This document shows, piece after piece, positions 39,792 through 50,200 of a stretch of DNA of 64,000 nt; position 1 is the stretch's first letter; every line of letters starts with the position of its first letter. The stretch is from an uncultured Gemmatimonadaceae bacterium (lineage in GTDB: Bacteria; Gemmatimonadota; Gemmatimonadetes; Gemmatimonadales; Gemmatimonadaceae), in contig CAWGJO010000020.1 of assembly GCA_963822945.1 (NCBI GenBank), forward strand, positions 96,001 to 160,000. The letters are read 5' to 3'. The position numbers and the translations under genes are program-made. The notes under the pieces are model-generated. The model was not told the origin of the DNA and did no database searches. It saw nothing but the letters and a program-made list of their open reading frames with translations.

Positions 39792-40567
39792 TCCGTCGGC
39801 TGGCGGCGTTCGCGGCGGCGGTCGGGCTGGTGGCCTTCGCCTGCCGCCCCATTCCCGCGCCAGCCGACGGCGTGCTGTCGCTGTCGGAGGTGAGCCTCCC
39901 CTCGCCGGGCGTGGTGGCGGGCGACACGATGCGCGACAGCGCCGGACGGGCCGCGCCGGTGAGCGTGATCGCCTACGGATCGGGCGGCCGGTTGGATACG
40001 AGCAGCGGCGTGATGCCGACGTTCATCATGTTCGATCCGGGCGCCCACGTGACCCCCGACGGCTACGTCATCGGCGACAGCGTGCGCGACACGCCGGTTC
40101 GCATCATCGCCTCGGTGGGCCAACTGCAGACGTCGCCGGCCAACATCTACGTCACCCCGCTTCCCGATTCGCTCGCCAGCAGCACGCCGACGGTGACCGA
40201 CACGGTGAATTTCAGCATCATCGACTCGACGGCGAGCGCGAATTACTCGGTGAACCTGACCGGCACGGTGCTCGCCACGGGCGTGATTCCCGCGGATTCC
40301 GTGCAGGCGGTCATCGTCCACTATGCGATTCTCCATGCCCCACCGGGACCGAATGGCGCGGTAACCGGCCTGCTCGTGGACGCGTCGGGACGTCCGAGCA
40401 GTGTGGACACCTCCGACGCGAGCGGGAATGTGTCGCGGCGCATCCGCGTGCGCACGCAGGCCCCGGTGGCCGTCGACAGCTTCGTCGTCTCGATGAGCGC
40501 CGACTATGCGGGGGCGCCCCTGCGCGGCAGTCCCTGGACCTTCGTCATCCCGACCGTCCACCACTGA
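39788..40567 (+). CDS. Putative lipoprotein with beta-rich (Ig-like) domains
   Basis: Lipobox-like VAFAC; Ser/Thr/Val-rich sequence; ATGA overlap with parA. Confidence 0.7.
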   Translation: MIRRLAAFAAAVGLVAFACRPIPAPADGVLSLSEVSLPSPGVVAGDTMRDSAGRAAPVSVIAYGSGGRLDTSSGVMPTFIMFDPGAHVTPDGYVIGDSVRDTPVRIIASVGQLQTSPANIYVTPLPDSLASSTPTVTDTVNFSIIDSTASANYSVNLTGTVLATGVIPADSVQAVIVHYAILHAPPGPNGAVTGLLVDASGRPSSVDTSDASGNVSRRIRVRTQAPVAVDSFVVSMSADYAGAPLRGSPWTFVIPTVHH

Positions 40568-40669
40568 GGGAATCCCCCACAGGGGCTCCCTTCCATCCGT
40601 TCGCGAAAGGGGCGTAACTTCCCAGGCGTGCGGTGCAAGCCGCGCGCAGCCGCTTTCCGGGAGGTTCCG

Positions 40670-42511
<1,842 letters not shown>

Positions 42512-42514
42512 CGG

Positions 42515-43165
42515 TCAGCGCGCGCCGCGCGACAACGACACCAGGCCGCTGGCGGGCGTGTCGCGTTCCGCCACCCACACGCTCGTGTCGCGGGCGAGTT
42601 CGGTGACGCCGTCGGGGAGCGGGAGCCCCGCCGGCGCGAGCACGCGCCCCCTCGCCTGCACGCCCCGCAGGGCGGCCGCCAGGAGTTCCGGGCCGCTGCC
42701 CGCGTCCAGCGCCAGCGCGCGCGCACTGCCCGGCGCGACCGGCAGGCCGGTGTCCACCAGCATGCCCGACAGTCCCGGGCCGATGACGACGCCCGGTTCC
42801 GGATTCACCAGCAGCAGGTGCGTCTCGGCGAGCGCCAGCACGCCGGCGGCATACCGGGTCCAGCCGCCGAAGAGGACTGCGTAGCCGCCCCCGCCCGAAA
42901 GATTCAGGAACGCGGCCAGCCGCATCGCCTGTTCGGGATCGGCGGGCGGCGGTTCGTGCGCCCCGTCTGCGCCAGCCGGGGCCGCATGATCGCCGGTTCG
43001 AAGATCCGCCACGCCACCGCCGATCGGATAGCGCCGGCGGCAGACCGGGCAGCCCAGCACGCCTTCCAGCACGTTGCGTCCGTCCATGCGCTCGGCGCTC
43101 AGGACGAGCCACGACTCCTCGTGGTCGTGGGGGCAGCGGAGCGAGTCGACGAGTTCGATGAACAT
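42515..43165 (-). CDS. Trm112-like zinc-knuckle fused to a degenerate methyltransferase-like domain
   Basis: LRCP...LGCPVCRRRYPI..GV at the N-terminus; LPVAPGS and LRGVQARG remnants of a class I MTase; no GxGxG. Confidence 0.6.
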   Translation of the reverse strand: MFIELVDSLRCPHDHEESWLVLSAERMDGRNVLEGVLGCPVCRRRYPIGGGVADLRTGDHAAPAGADGAHEPPPADPEQAMRLAAFLNLSGGGGYAVLFGGWTRYAAGVLALAETHLLLVNPEPGVVIGPGLSGMLVDTGLPVAPGSARALALDAGSGPELLAAALRGVQARGRVLAPAGLPLPDGVTELARDTSVWVAERDTPASGLVSLSRGAR

Positions 43166-43887
43166 CAACTGCGCGACAGCCGCAGTTCGTCCACGTTGAC
43201 GCTCGCCGGCTGGGTCACGGCATAGAGCACGGCATCGGCCACGGCCTGCGCGTCGAGCATCTGGTGCCGCGCCGGAATGTCGGACCGCGCGCCCAGGTTC
43301 GCCTCCGACCAGAGGTCGGTATCGACCGAGCCGGGAGACACGAGCGTGGCCCGGACGCCGCTGCCCCGCAGTTCGACGCGCAGCACTTCGTGCAGCCCCC
43401 GCACGCCGTACTTGCTGGCCGCGTACGCGCTGTTGCCCGGAAACGGCAGATGGTCGGCCACCGAGCCGATGGTGACCACATGTCCGCGGCGGCGCGACTT
43501 CATGCCGGGCACGAGCGCGTGCGCGAACAGGAAGGGGGCCGCGAGGTTCACGCCCAGCGTGCGGGCGAACGACTCCGGCGACGTGCTCTCCAGCGGCTGG
43601 ACCGCGAAGTACCCGGCGTTGTTGACGAGGACGTCCGGCGCGTCCGGCCCGAGATGGTCGTGCAGGACGCGGAGGGCCGCCTCCACCGACCGCGCGTCGG
43701 CCACGTCGCAGGTGATCGCGATCGCGCCACCGCCCAGTTCGGCCGCGTGTCGCTCCAGATCGGCCGACGAGCGGGCCACCAGTGCCACGCGCGCGCCGGC
43801 CCGGGCCAGCGAGGCCGCGGTGGCGAGCCCGATGCCGCGCGAGGCGCCGGTGACGACGGCGGTGCGCCCGTCCAGGGGACGGCTCAC
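43165..43887 (-). CDS. SDR family NAD(P)-dependent oxidoreductase
   Basis: TGASRGIG, NNAG and YAASK motifs. Confidence 0.93.
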   Translation of the reverse strand: MSRPLDGRTAVVTGASRGIGLATAASLARAGARVALVARSSADLERHAAELGGGAIAITCDVADARSVEAALRVLHDHLGPDAPDVLVNNAGYFAVQPLESTSPESFARTLGVNLAAPFLFAHALVPGMKSRRRGHVVTIGSVADHLPFPGNSAYAASKYGVRGLHEVLRVELRGSGVRATLVSPGSVDTDLWSEANLGARSDIPARHQMLDAQAVADAVLYAVTQPASVNVDELRLSRS

Positions 43888-43890
43888 GAC

Positions 43891-44520
43891 TCAGGCGGCC
43901 CCGTAGGGCGAGTGAGCCAGGCGCAGGAACTCGTCGCGCGTCATCGGGTTGTCGCGGAAGGATCCGCGCAGCGCGCTGGTGATCGTCTTCGAGTTCTGTT
44001 TCTCGACGCCGCGCATCATCATGCAGAGGTGGTACGCCTCGACCACCACGCCCACCCCCACGGGTTCCAGCACCCGCTCCACCGCCAGCGCGATCTCCTC
44101 GGTGAGCCGCTCCTGCACCTGCAGCCGCCGGGCGAACACGTCGACCAGCCGCGGCAGCTTGGACAGGCCCACGATCTTCTCGTTCGGGATGTATGCGATG
44201 TGCACCTTGCCGAAGAACGGCAGCAGGTGGTGCTCGCACAACGAGTACATCTCGATGTCCCGCACCATCACCATGTTCCGGTGCCCCTCGGCGGCGAACA
44301 GCGCGCTACCCACCACGTCGTCGACGCTCTGCGTGTAGCCGCGGGTCAGCCAGGCCATGGACTTGGCCACCCGCTCCGGCGTGCGGGCCAGCCCCTCGCG
44401 GTCAGGGTCCTCCCCCAGGAGTTCCAGTTCGCGCCGCACGAGCTTCGTGAAATCCGGATCGGCCTTCTCGTGCGAGATCGTGCGCTCAGCACGCGTGGAC
44501 GTCTCGAGAATCGACATCAC
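43891..44520 (-). CDS. folE: GTP cyclohydrolase I
   Basis: [27 protein letters not shown] and HLCMMMRGV motifs; start uncertain (44517-44550). Confidence 0.97.
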   Translation of the reverse strand: MMSILETSTRAERTISHEKADPDFTKLVRRELELLGEDPDREGLARTPERVAKSMAWLTRGYTQSVDDVVGSALFAAEGHRNMVMVRDIEMYSLCEHHLLPFFGKVHIAYIPNEKIVGLSKLPRLVDVFARRLQVQERLTEEIALAVERVLEPVGVGVVVEAYHLCMMMRGVEKQNSKTITSALRGSFRDNPMTRDEFLRLAHSPYGAA

Positions 44521-44539
44521 CGTGGCCCCACCCTTCCGC

Positions 44540-44953
44540 TTACCGTCCATCGTACTCGACATAGTTGTTCACCGTTTCCCAGAGGACGAGCCGCGTGAGG
44601 GTCGCCGGCGCGACGAGCGGCGCGATGAGCCGCCAGAACGCGACCACGATGTTCTCGCTGGTCGGGATCGTGCCCTGCATGAAGTCGACGTCGAGGTTGA
44701 AGTTCTTGTGATCGACACGATCGATCACGGCCGTCTCGACGATGCGCTTGAGGACCGCCAGATCCATCACGTATCCGGTGCGCGCCGACACCTCGCCCCG
44801 CACCGACACGTCGAGCACGTAGTTGTGCCCGTGCCAGTTGGGGTTGTTGCACTTGCCGAACAGCTGCTGGTTCTCCTGGTCGGAAAGCGCCGGGTTGTGA
44901 ACGCGGTGGGCGGCATTGAAGTGGAGCCGCCGTGTAACCGTCACCTGTGGCAT
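44540..44953 (-). CDS. 6-pyruvoyl-tetrahydropterin synthase family protein (PTPS-II-type motif)
   Basis: [28 protein letters not shown] and WET motifs. Confidence 0.92.
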   Translation of the reverse strand: MPQVTVTRRLHFNAAHRVHNPALSDQENQQLFGKCNNPNWHGHNYVLDVSVRGEVSARTGYVMDLAVLKRIVETAVIDRVDHKNFNLDVDFMQGTIPTSENIVVAFWRLIAPLVAPATLTRLVLWETVNNYVEYDGR

Positions 44954-45274
44954 GTGGCCCTCGCCTGGTGCATCAACCCCGTGGACCCGCGCCGCGTTCC
45001 CCACCGGCGGGCCGCACCGCGCGCCCGCCGGTGGAGACGACGAGCCCCGCGGTGGTCCGCGGGGCTCGAAGGAAACGGAACGAAGAGGGTTTTGTGAAGC
45101 CCGGTCGAATTATGAGGTCCTCACCATACTTTTCGCCTTCCCCCGCACTGGGGGCATGACGGCAGTATAGATTATCGAACCCACTCGAAGGACTTGTTGG
45201 CTCAAAAACGGAGCTCTTCGCCCGTGGGTAGTCTGGGGGTAGAATTTATCCTAGGTCTCGGAAAGGGGCAATTG

Positions 45275-45436
45275 ATGGATCTCGGGATTCTCGCCGCACT
45301 CGCACTCATTGCCGTCTGGGCCGTGGTCGCGCTCGGATTCAACGGCCCGGGCTGGATCCATCTGCTGCTCACGGTCGGCGTGGCGACGCTGATCTGGCGC
45401 GTCGCTGCACGGAGCCAGAAGACCAAACATCCGTGA
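45275..45436 (+). CDS. Small two-TM membrane protein (DUF5670/lmo0937-like)
   Basis: AAGGGG SD; 53 aa; W...GWIHLLL motif. Confidence 0.7.
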   Translation: MDLGILAALALIAVWAVVALGFNGPGWIHLLLTVGVATLIWRVAARSQKTKHP

Positions 45437-45464
45437 TCGGCCCCGGGAGCCGGGATGGAGCCGG

Positions 45465-46439
45465 TCAGATCTCCCAGTTCGACAGCACCAGGCCCCGTTC
45501 CGGAGGCCGCTCCTCGTAACCGGCGAGCGACATCCGCAGGTCGCTCCACCGCACGCGCCCCCCGAGTTCGATGAGCTGCCGGTAGGCCGCGGCGTAGTCG
45601 CCCTGCATGCGAATGGCCACGCGCCGGGTGCCGCTGCGGCGGGCGAAGTCGCGCAGCGTGGAGACCATCGGCGCGAAGTACTTCTGGTCGGCGAGCGCCA
45701 ACTTGAGCACGCGCAGCTCCTCCCGCAGCCGCCCTTCCACCAGGGGGATCGTGTGGCAGAGCGCGAACCCGACCAGGGCATCACGGTCGTGCATCAGTAC
45801 CGTGTCGCCGAGCGAGAGTTCGTCGGTGAGCGAGATCTCGCGCGTGTGGTCGTACCCGGGCAGCAGGCCATCGAGCAGCAGGCGGCATTCCTCCAGCGCG
45901 CGGTCTTTCTCCGACGACGACAGCCGTCCGTACAGTCTGGGCGGCCGGGTGGAGTGCTCGGCTTCGAGCGTGGTGGTGAGGGTGAGGCGACCCGGCGTGA
46001 AGCCCTGCGACGAATAGAAGCCGATGTTGTCGAGCGTGCGCGGCATGGTTTCGAGCCCGATCACCGTGGCGCGGGCATCGACGAGCCACTCCACGCCGCG
46101 GCGCACCACGTCCTTGCCCACGCCCGAGCCCTGGAAGTCCTGGCGCACGGCGAGCGGGCCCATCCACCCCTCGACCCCCGACCGGTGCACCATGTTGAAC
46201 GCCGCGATCTCGCCGTTGGCCGCCCGCCAGCACAGGGCACCGCCCGCGGCGTCCTCGATGGCGTATCGCCAGACGGCGGGGTTGAGGAACGGAACGCGCA
46301 CCCCGACCATGCCGTCGCGCCGGTAGCGTTCCGTGAACGCGTCGCTGAACACCTGGTTGAGCCCCGCGATGTCGTCCAGACTGGCGGGGAACGGCCCCTC
46401 GATGGTCGGGCTCGGCTTCCAGGAGCGCGACGAGGCCAT
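45465..46439 (-). CDS. GNAT family N-acetyltransferase
   Basis: GPLAVRQDFQGSGVG acetyl-CoA motif and NIGFYSSQGF; TGATG overlap with rad50. Confidence 0.88.
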   Translation of the reverse strand: MASSRSWKPSPTIEGPFPASLDDIAGLNQVFSDAFTERYRRDGMVGVRVPFLNPAVWRYAIEDAAGGALCWRAANGEIAAFNMVHRSGVEGWMGPLAVRQDFQGSGVGKDVVRRGVEWLVDARATVIGLETMPRTLDNIGFYSSQGFTPGRLTLTTTLEAEHSTRPPRLYGRLSSSEKDRALEECRLLLDGLLPGYDHTREISLTDELSLGDTVLMHDRDALVGFALCHTIPLVEGRLREELRVLKLALADQKYFAPMVSTLRDFARRSGTRRVAIRMQGDYAAAYRQLIELGGRVRWSDLRMSLAGYEERPPERGLVLSNWEI

Positions 46440-48892
46440 CAGTCCTCCGCTCCGGCGCCGACTTCGAGCGCCGGCAGGCCGGCGGCATCGCCGGGCCGTT
46501 CCAGCCGCACGCGCGACTCGCCGGCCTCCTCGTCGTAGCGCACGGCCAGCACCCGATCGAGTCCCTCGCGCACCGACTCGATGTGCGTGATCACGATGAC
46601 CTGTTCGAACCGGTCGTGCAGCCGGCGCAGCAGTTCCACCACGTTCTGCCGCCGCACCTCATCCAGCGATCCGAACACCTCGTCGAGCACGAGCAGCGAG
46701 AAGGGCTGGCCGGCGCGGTCGGCGATCATCTGCGAGATGGCCAGCCGCAGCACGAGGTTGGCCACGTCCTCCTCGCCACCCGAGATCGCCGGTTTGCGAA
46801 TGCCGTCCTCGAGCACGCGGATGGCGTAGTCGTCATCGAGTTCCAACTCGGTGTACCGCCCGTCGGTGAGCTCCGTGATGAGCGTGCTGGCGAGCCCGGA
46901 GATCTCCGGGCGGAGCTGTTCGTTGAGCCGGAAGCGCAGATCCTCGAACGCGTCGTCCAACTCGTCGTGCAACCGGCGCTCGGCGGTGAGGGTCTCGGCC
47001 TTGGCGCGCTGCGCGTCGAGATCGCGCTGGGCGGTGCGCGCGCGCTCGTCGTCCACCACGGCCGCCGCCACCTCGCCGTCGGCCTGCACCGACGCCAGTT
47101 CCGCGGCCCGGAATTCGGTCATCGCACCCTCGTACTGCACACGCAACTCGGCGAACGCTTCCTCCGAGAACGCCAGCGACGCCAGCTCGTCGTGCAGCGC
47201 GGCGATTCGCGCCCGCGCCTCGTCCAGCCGGCCGGTGGCTTCCGCCGTCGAGCGCCGCACCGGCTCTTCGCGGTCGATCAGCGCCGACAGCTTGGTGGCC
47301 TGCGCGTCCAGCGGCTGCAGCCGCGCGCGCTCGTCGAGCAGCCGCTTGTGTTCCCCGGCGTCGTAGCCGCTGGGGACCGCGGACAGGTCCTGCTGCAGCG
47401 TGGCGTGCCGCTGCTCCTTCTCGGCGATGTCCTTGCGCAACTGCGCGAGTTCCTGGACGGCCAACTGCGTCTTGGCCAGCCGCCGCTCGAGCTTGCCCGT
47501 CTCCTCGAACACGCGCCGGCGCTGGTCGTCCAGCGCCTTCACGTCCTCGGGCATCTCCTCCAACTGGCCGATGCGCTGCCGGTAGTAGTTGCCGTCCACC
47601 TGGACGGTTTCGATCTGGGCGTCGAGCAGATCCAGCACGTTGCGGTAGTGATCCCCCAGCGGACGGGCGCAGGTGGGACAGGTGCCGTCCTCGCCAAGGT
47701 TGACCAGCGTCTCGCGCTGCTGCTTGAGCTCGGCGTACTGCTGCCGCAGCGCCTGGATCTTGGTCTCGGCCTCCTGACGGTCGCGGACCCACTCGGTGCG
47801 CGTGGCTTCGAGTGTGCCCTCCACGGTGCGCAGCTCCTTGCGCTTGCTCTCCAGCTCGACCGTGACTTCCTCCTCCAGGGTCGGCGCGGTCTGAACGCGC
47901 TCCAACCGCTCGCGCAACCGGGCCAGCTCCTCGGTGAGCAGGCGGTCGTTGTCCACCAGTGTCTGCCGCCGCCCCTCGGCGCGGTACAGATCCTCCATGG
48001 CCTGCAGCCGTTCGGCGAGCGCGGCGAGGGGCCGGAGCTGCTCGGCGAGTTTCTCCAGTTCACCGCGCGCGGTGCCGATCTCGCCCGCCTCACGCTCCAG
48101 CCGCTCGAGGTCCCGCGCCAGATTGCCGGCCTCGTTCTCCAGCACGCGCAGTTCGCCGGTGGCGCGCTGCGACGCCTCCCGTGTCTGCTGCATGGCCGTC
48201 CAGCGGGGCTCCAGTTCGGACACCACGAGGCGCGTCGCCTGCGTCCGCACCGCGGCGTCGCCGGCCCGGGCCGTGGCCGTGGCCAACCGCTCCTGCGCCT
48301 GCACCAACATCCGGCCCACGCTCTCCGGGTCGGGCATCGCGCTGCGCAGGCCGTTGAGCTGGGCCGTCACCAGCCGCCGCCGTTCGCGCGCCATCTCCTG
48401 CGCCGCGCGCAGCCGGTCGTATCCGAGCACGCGCGAGAGAAAGTGCTTGCGCTCGGTGGGACCCATCGCGTTCATCACGCTCAGGTCCTTCTGCCCGGTG
48501 AAGTAGGTGTTGAAGAATTCCTGCCGCGTCATCCGCATCCGTCGCCGCAGGAAGTCGGTCACGCCGGTCACCGAATTGGCCACCGGTTCCTCGCCGCCGT
48601 CGAGGAACAGTTCGGCGCTGGTGAGCCCGCGCTCCACGCGGTACCGGTGCCCCGCCAACTCGAAGTCGAGTTCCACCTTCACGGGCGCGCGGCCGGCGGC
48701 GCGAATGGTGCGGACGCCCTCCTTGTCGGTGCGCAGGGCGAGCGATCCGTACAACGCCCAACTGATCGCCTCGAGGATCGTCGACTTTCCGGCTCCATTG
48801 GGACCGATGATGCCGGTGAGCCCGGATTCGAATTCCATCCGGGTGTCCACGTGCTGGCGGAAGTTCGTGAGGTGGATTGCGTTGAGGCGCAT
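46439..48892 (-). CDS. sbcC: Rad50/SbcC SMC-like ATPase
   Basis: GPNGAGKST, Q-loop, coiled coil with CPTC zinc hook, ISGGE, VLDEVFGSLD and ITH motifs. Confidence 0.93.
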   Translation of the reverse strand: MRLNAIHLTNFRQHVDTRMEFESGLTGIIGPNGAGKSTILEAISWALYGSLALRTDKEGVRTIRAAGRAPVKVELDFELAGHRYRVERGLTSAELFLDGGEEPVANSVTGVTDFLRRRMRMTRQEFFNTYFTGQKDLSVMNAMGPTERKHFLSRVLGYDRLRAAQEMARERRRLVTAQLNGLRSAMPDPESVGRMLVQAQERLATATARAGDAAVRTQATRLVVSELEPRWTAMQQTREASQRATGELRVLENEAGNLARDLERLEREAGEIGTARGELEKLAEQLRPLAALAERLQAMEDLYRAEGRRQTLVDNDRLLTEELARLRERLERVQTAPTLEEEVTVELESKRKELRTVEGTLEATRTEWVRDRQEAETKIQALRQQYAELKQQRETLVNLGEDGTCPTCARPLGDHYRNVLDLLDAQIETVQVDGNYYRQRIGQLEEMPEDVKALDDQRRRVFEETGKLERRLAKTQLAVQELAQLRKDIAEKEQRHATLQQDLSAVPSGYDAGEHKRLLDERARLQPLDAQATKLSALIDREEPVRRSTAEATGRLDEARARIAALHDELASLAFSEEAFAELRVQYEGAMTEFRAAELASVQADGEVAAAVVDDERARTAQRDLDAQRAKAETLTAERRLHDELDDAFEDLRFRLNEQLRPEISGLASTLITELTDGRYTELELDDDYAIRVLEDGIRKPAISGGEEDVANLVLRLAISQMIADRAGQPFSLLVLDEVFGSLDEVRRQNVVELLRRLHDRFEQVIVITHIESVREGLDRVLAVRYDEEAGESRVRLERPGDAAGLPALEVGAGAED

Positions 48893-50079
48893 CAGCTCTC
48901 GGCCTCCCCCGCCGCGGCCAACTCGGCCGCCGTGGCCTGGTCGAGATACTCGAACACGCGGGTGATCAACTGCTCGCGATCCACCTCGGGCGGCACCTGC
49001 CGGCTGTTCAGCCGTTCGCGCACGAACTCGGCCAGCGACTGCGGGTGGCCCGGCGCCGCCTCCCCGCGCATCGGCCGCACGTTGGGGCGCAGCATCTCCA
49101 ACTGGAAGTGGAACGCCCGGCGCTTGTACTCGCGGATCGCCTGATGGTCCAGATCGTTGTTGATGTGGCGCGCCACGTCGCGGACCACGAGCCGCACGAC
49201 CTTCTGTTCGATGCCGCCGGGACAGCCGTCCACGGCCTCGCGCACCGCGGCGTCAAGCTCGCCGCCCGTCATGCCACGGGCGCTGAACGAGGGCAGGTCC
49301 ACGAGCACGCGAGATGGCGGAAGGGGATGAAACGTGTGCGCGCCGGTGTCGAGATCGAACTCGATGAACCCCTTGCCCGGAAGCCCGGCGGCGTGCTCTT
49401 CGGCCAGCTCGCCCCACGGGTTGGCGCTCGTGTAGTCGATGGAACCGCTGTAGTAGGCGTTGGGCGCTACCTCGCGGTGGACGTGATAGTGCCCGAGCGC
49501 CACATACGACCATTGCGGCGCGCCCAGTTCCTCTTCGGAGATCTCGAAGGTCGCCCGGTCGAGCATGGCCGCACGCTTGGGGATGATTCCCTCGACCTCG
49601 CCGTGGATCAGCAACACGTTGTACCGCGCCGTCGGGTCGGGAGTCAACTCGGGCCGTCCCCCCGGCACGTCGGGCACGGCGAGCACCGAGACGCCGAGTT
49701 CGGGGAACGAGAAGCGCCGTGATTCGAAGTCGGCGACGTAGAGATTCTCCTGCTCGAACAACCGGAGAATGCACCCCGTCTCGCTCGACCGCGGCAGATC
49801 GTGGTTGCCGGCAACGACGACCACCGGCACGCCCTCCAGCGCGCTCGTCAGCCGGTTGAACTGATGGAAGGCGTGGAGAATGGCCGGGTTCGTGGGGCGA
49901 ACCGTATGGAACACGTCGCCGGCCACGACCACCAGGTCGGGCCGCAACGCGATGACGCGGTCGATGGTCCGCGTGAGCGTGAGCGCGACGTCCGCTTCCC
50001 GCTGGTTGGCGCCGAGCGGCGTCACCCGCTGGTACTGGCGGAAGCCGAGGTGGAGATCGGAGAGGTGGACGACGCGCAA
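48892..50079 (-). CDS. sbcD: Mre11/SbcD nuclease
   Basis: SDLHLG, AGDVFH, GNHD, IHG and LGHYH phosphoesterase motifs. Confidence 0.93.
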   Translation of the reverse strand: MRVVHLSDLHLGFRQYQRVTPLGANQREADVALTLTRTIDRVIALRPDLVVVAGDVFHTVRPTNPAILHAFHQFNRLTSALEGVPVVVVAGNHDLPRSSETGCILRLFEQENLYVADFESRRFSFPELGVSVLAVPDVPGGRPELTPDPTARYNVLLIHGEVEGIIPKRAAMLDRATFEISEEELGAPQWSYVALGHYHVHREVAPNAYYSGSIDYTSANPWGELAEEHAAGLPGKGFIEFDLDTGAHTFHPLPPSRVLVDLPSFSARGMTGGELDAAVREAVDGCPGGIEQKVVRLVVRDVARHINNDLDHQAIREYKRRAFHFQLEMLRPNVRPMRGEAAPGHPQSLAEFVRERLNSRQVPPEVDREQLITRVFEYLDQATAAELAAAGEAES

Positions 50080-50200
50080 GTCGGTCCCGGGCCGAGGATT
50101 GAGAGCCGCCCGCGGGGCGGCAAGTGCCTAATCGCTAACCGCCGCCCAGGCGGTTGTCCATAGTGTACACGACTTCGGATTCGAGCGGACGGGGGCACCG

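Noticed and set aside
44540..44953. Calling this gene queD
   Set aside because: The active-site spacing is Cx5HGH rather than Cx3HGH, and no queC/queE/queF genes are adjacent.
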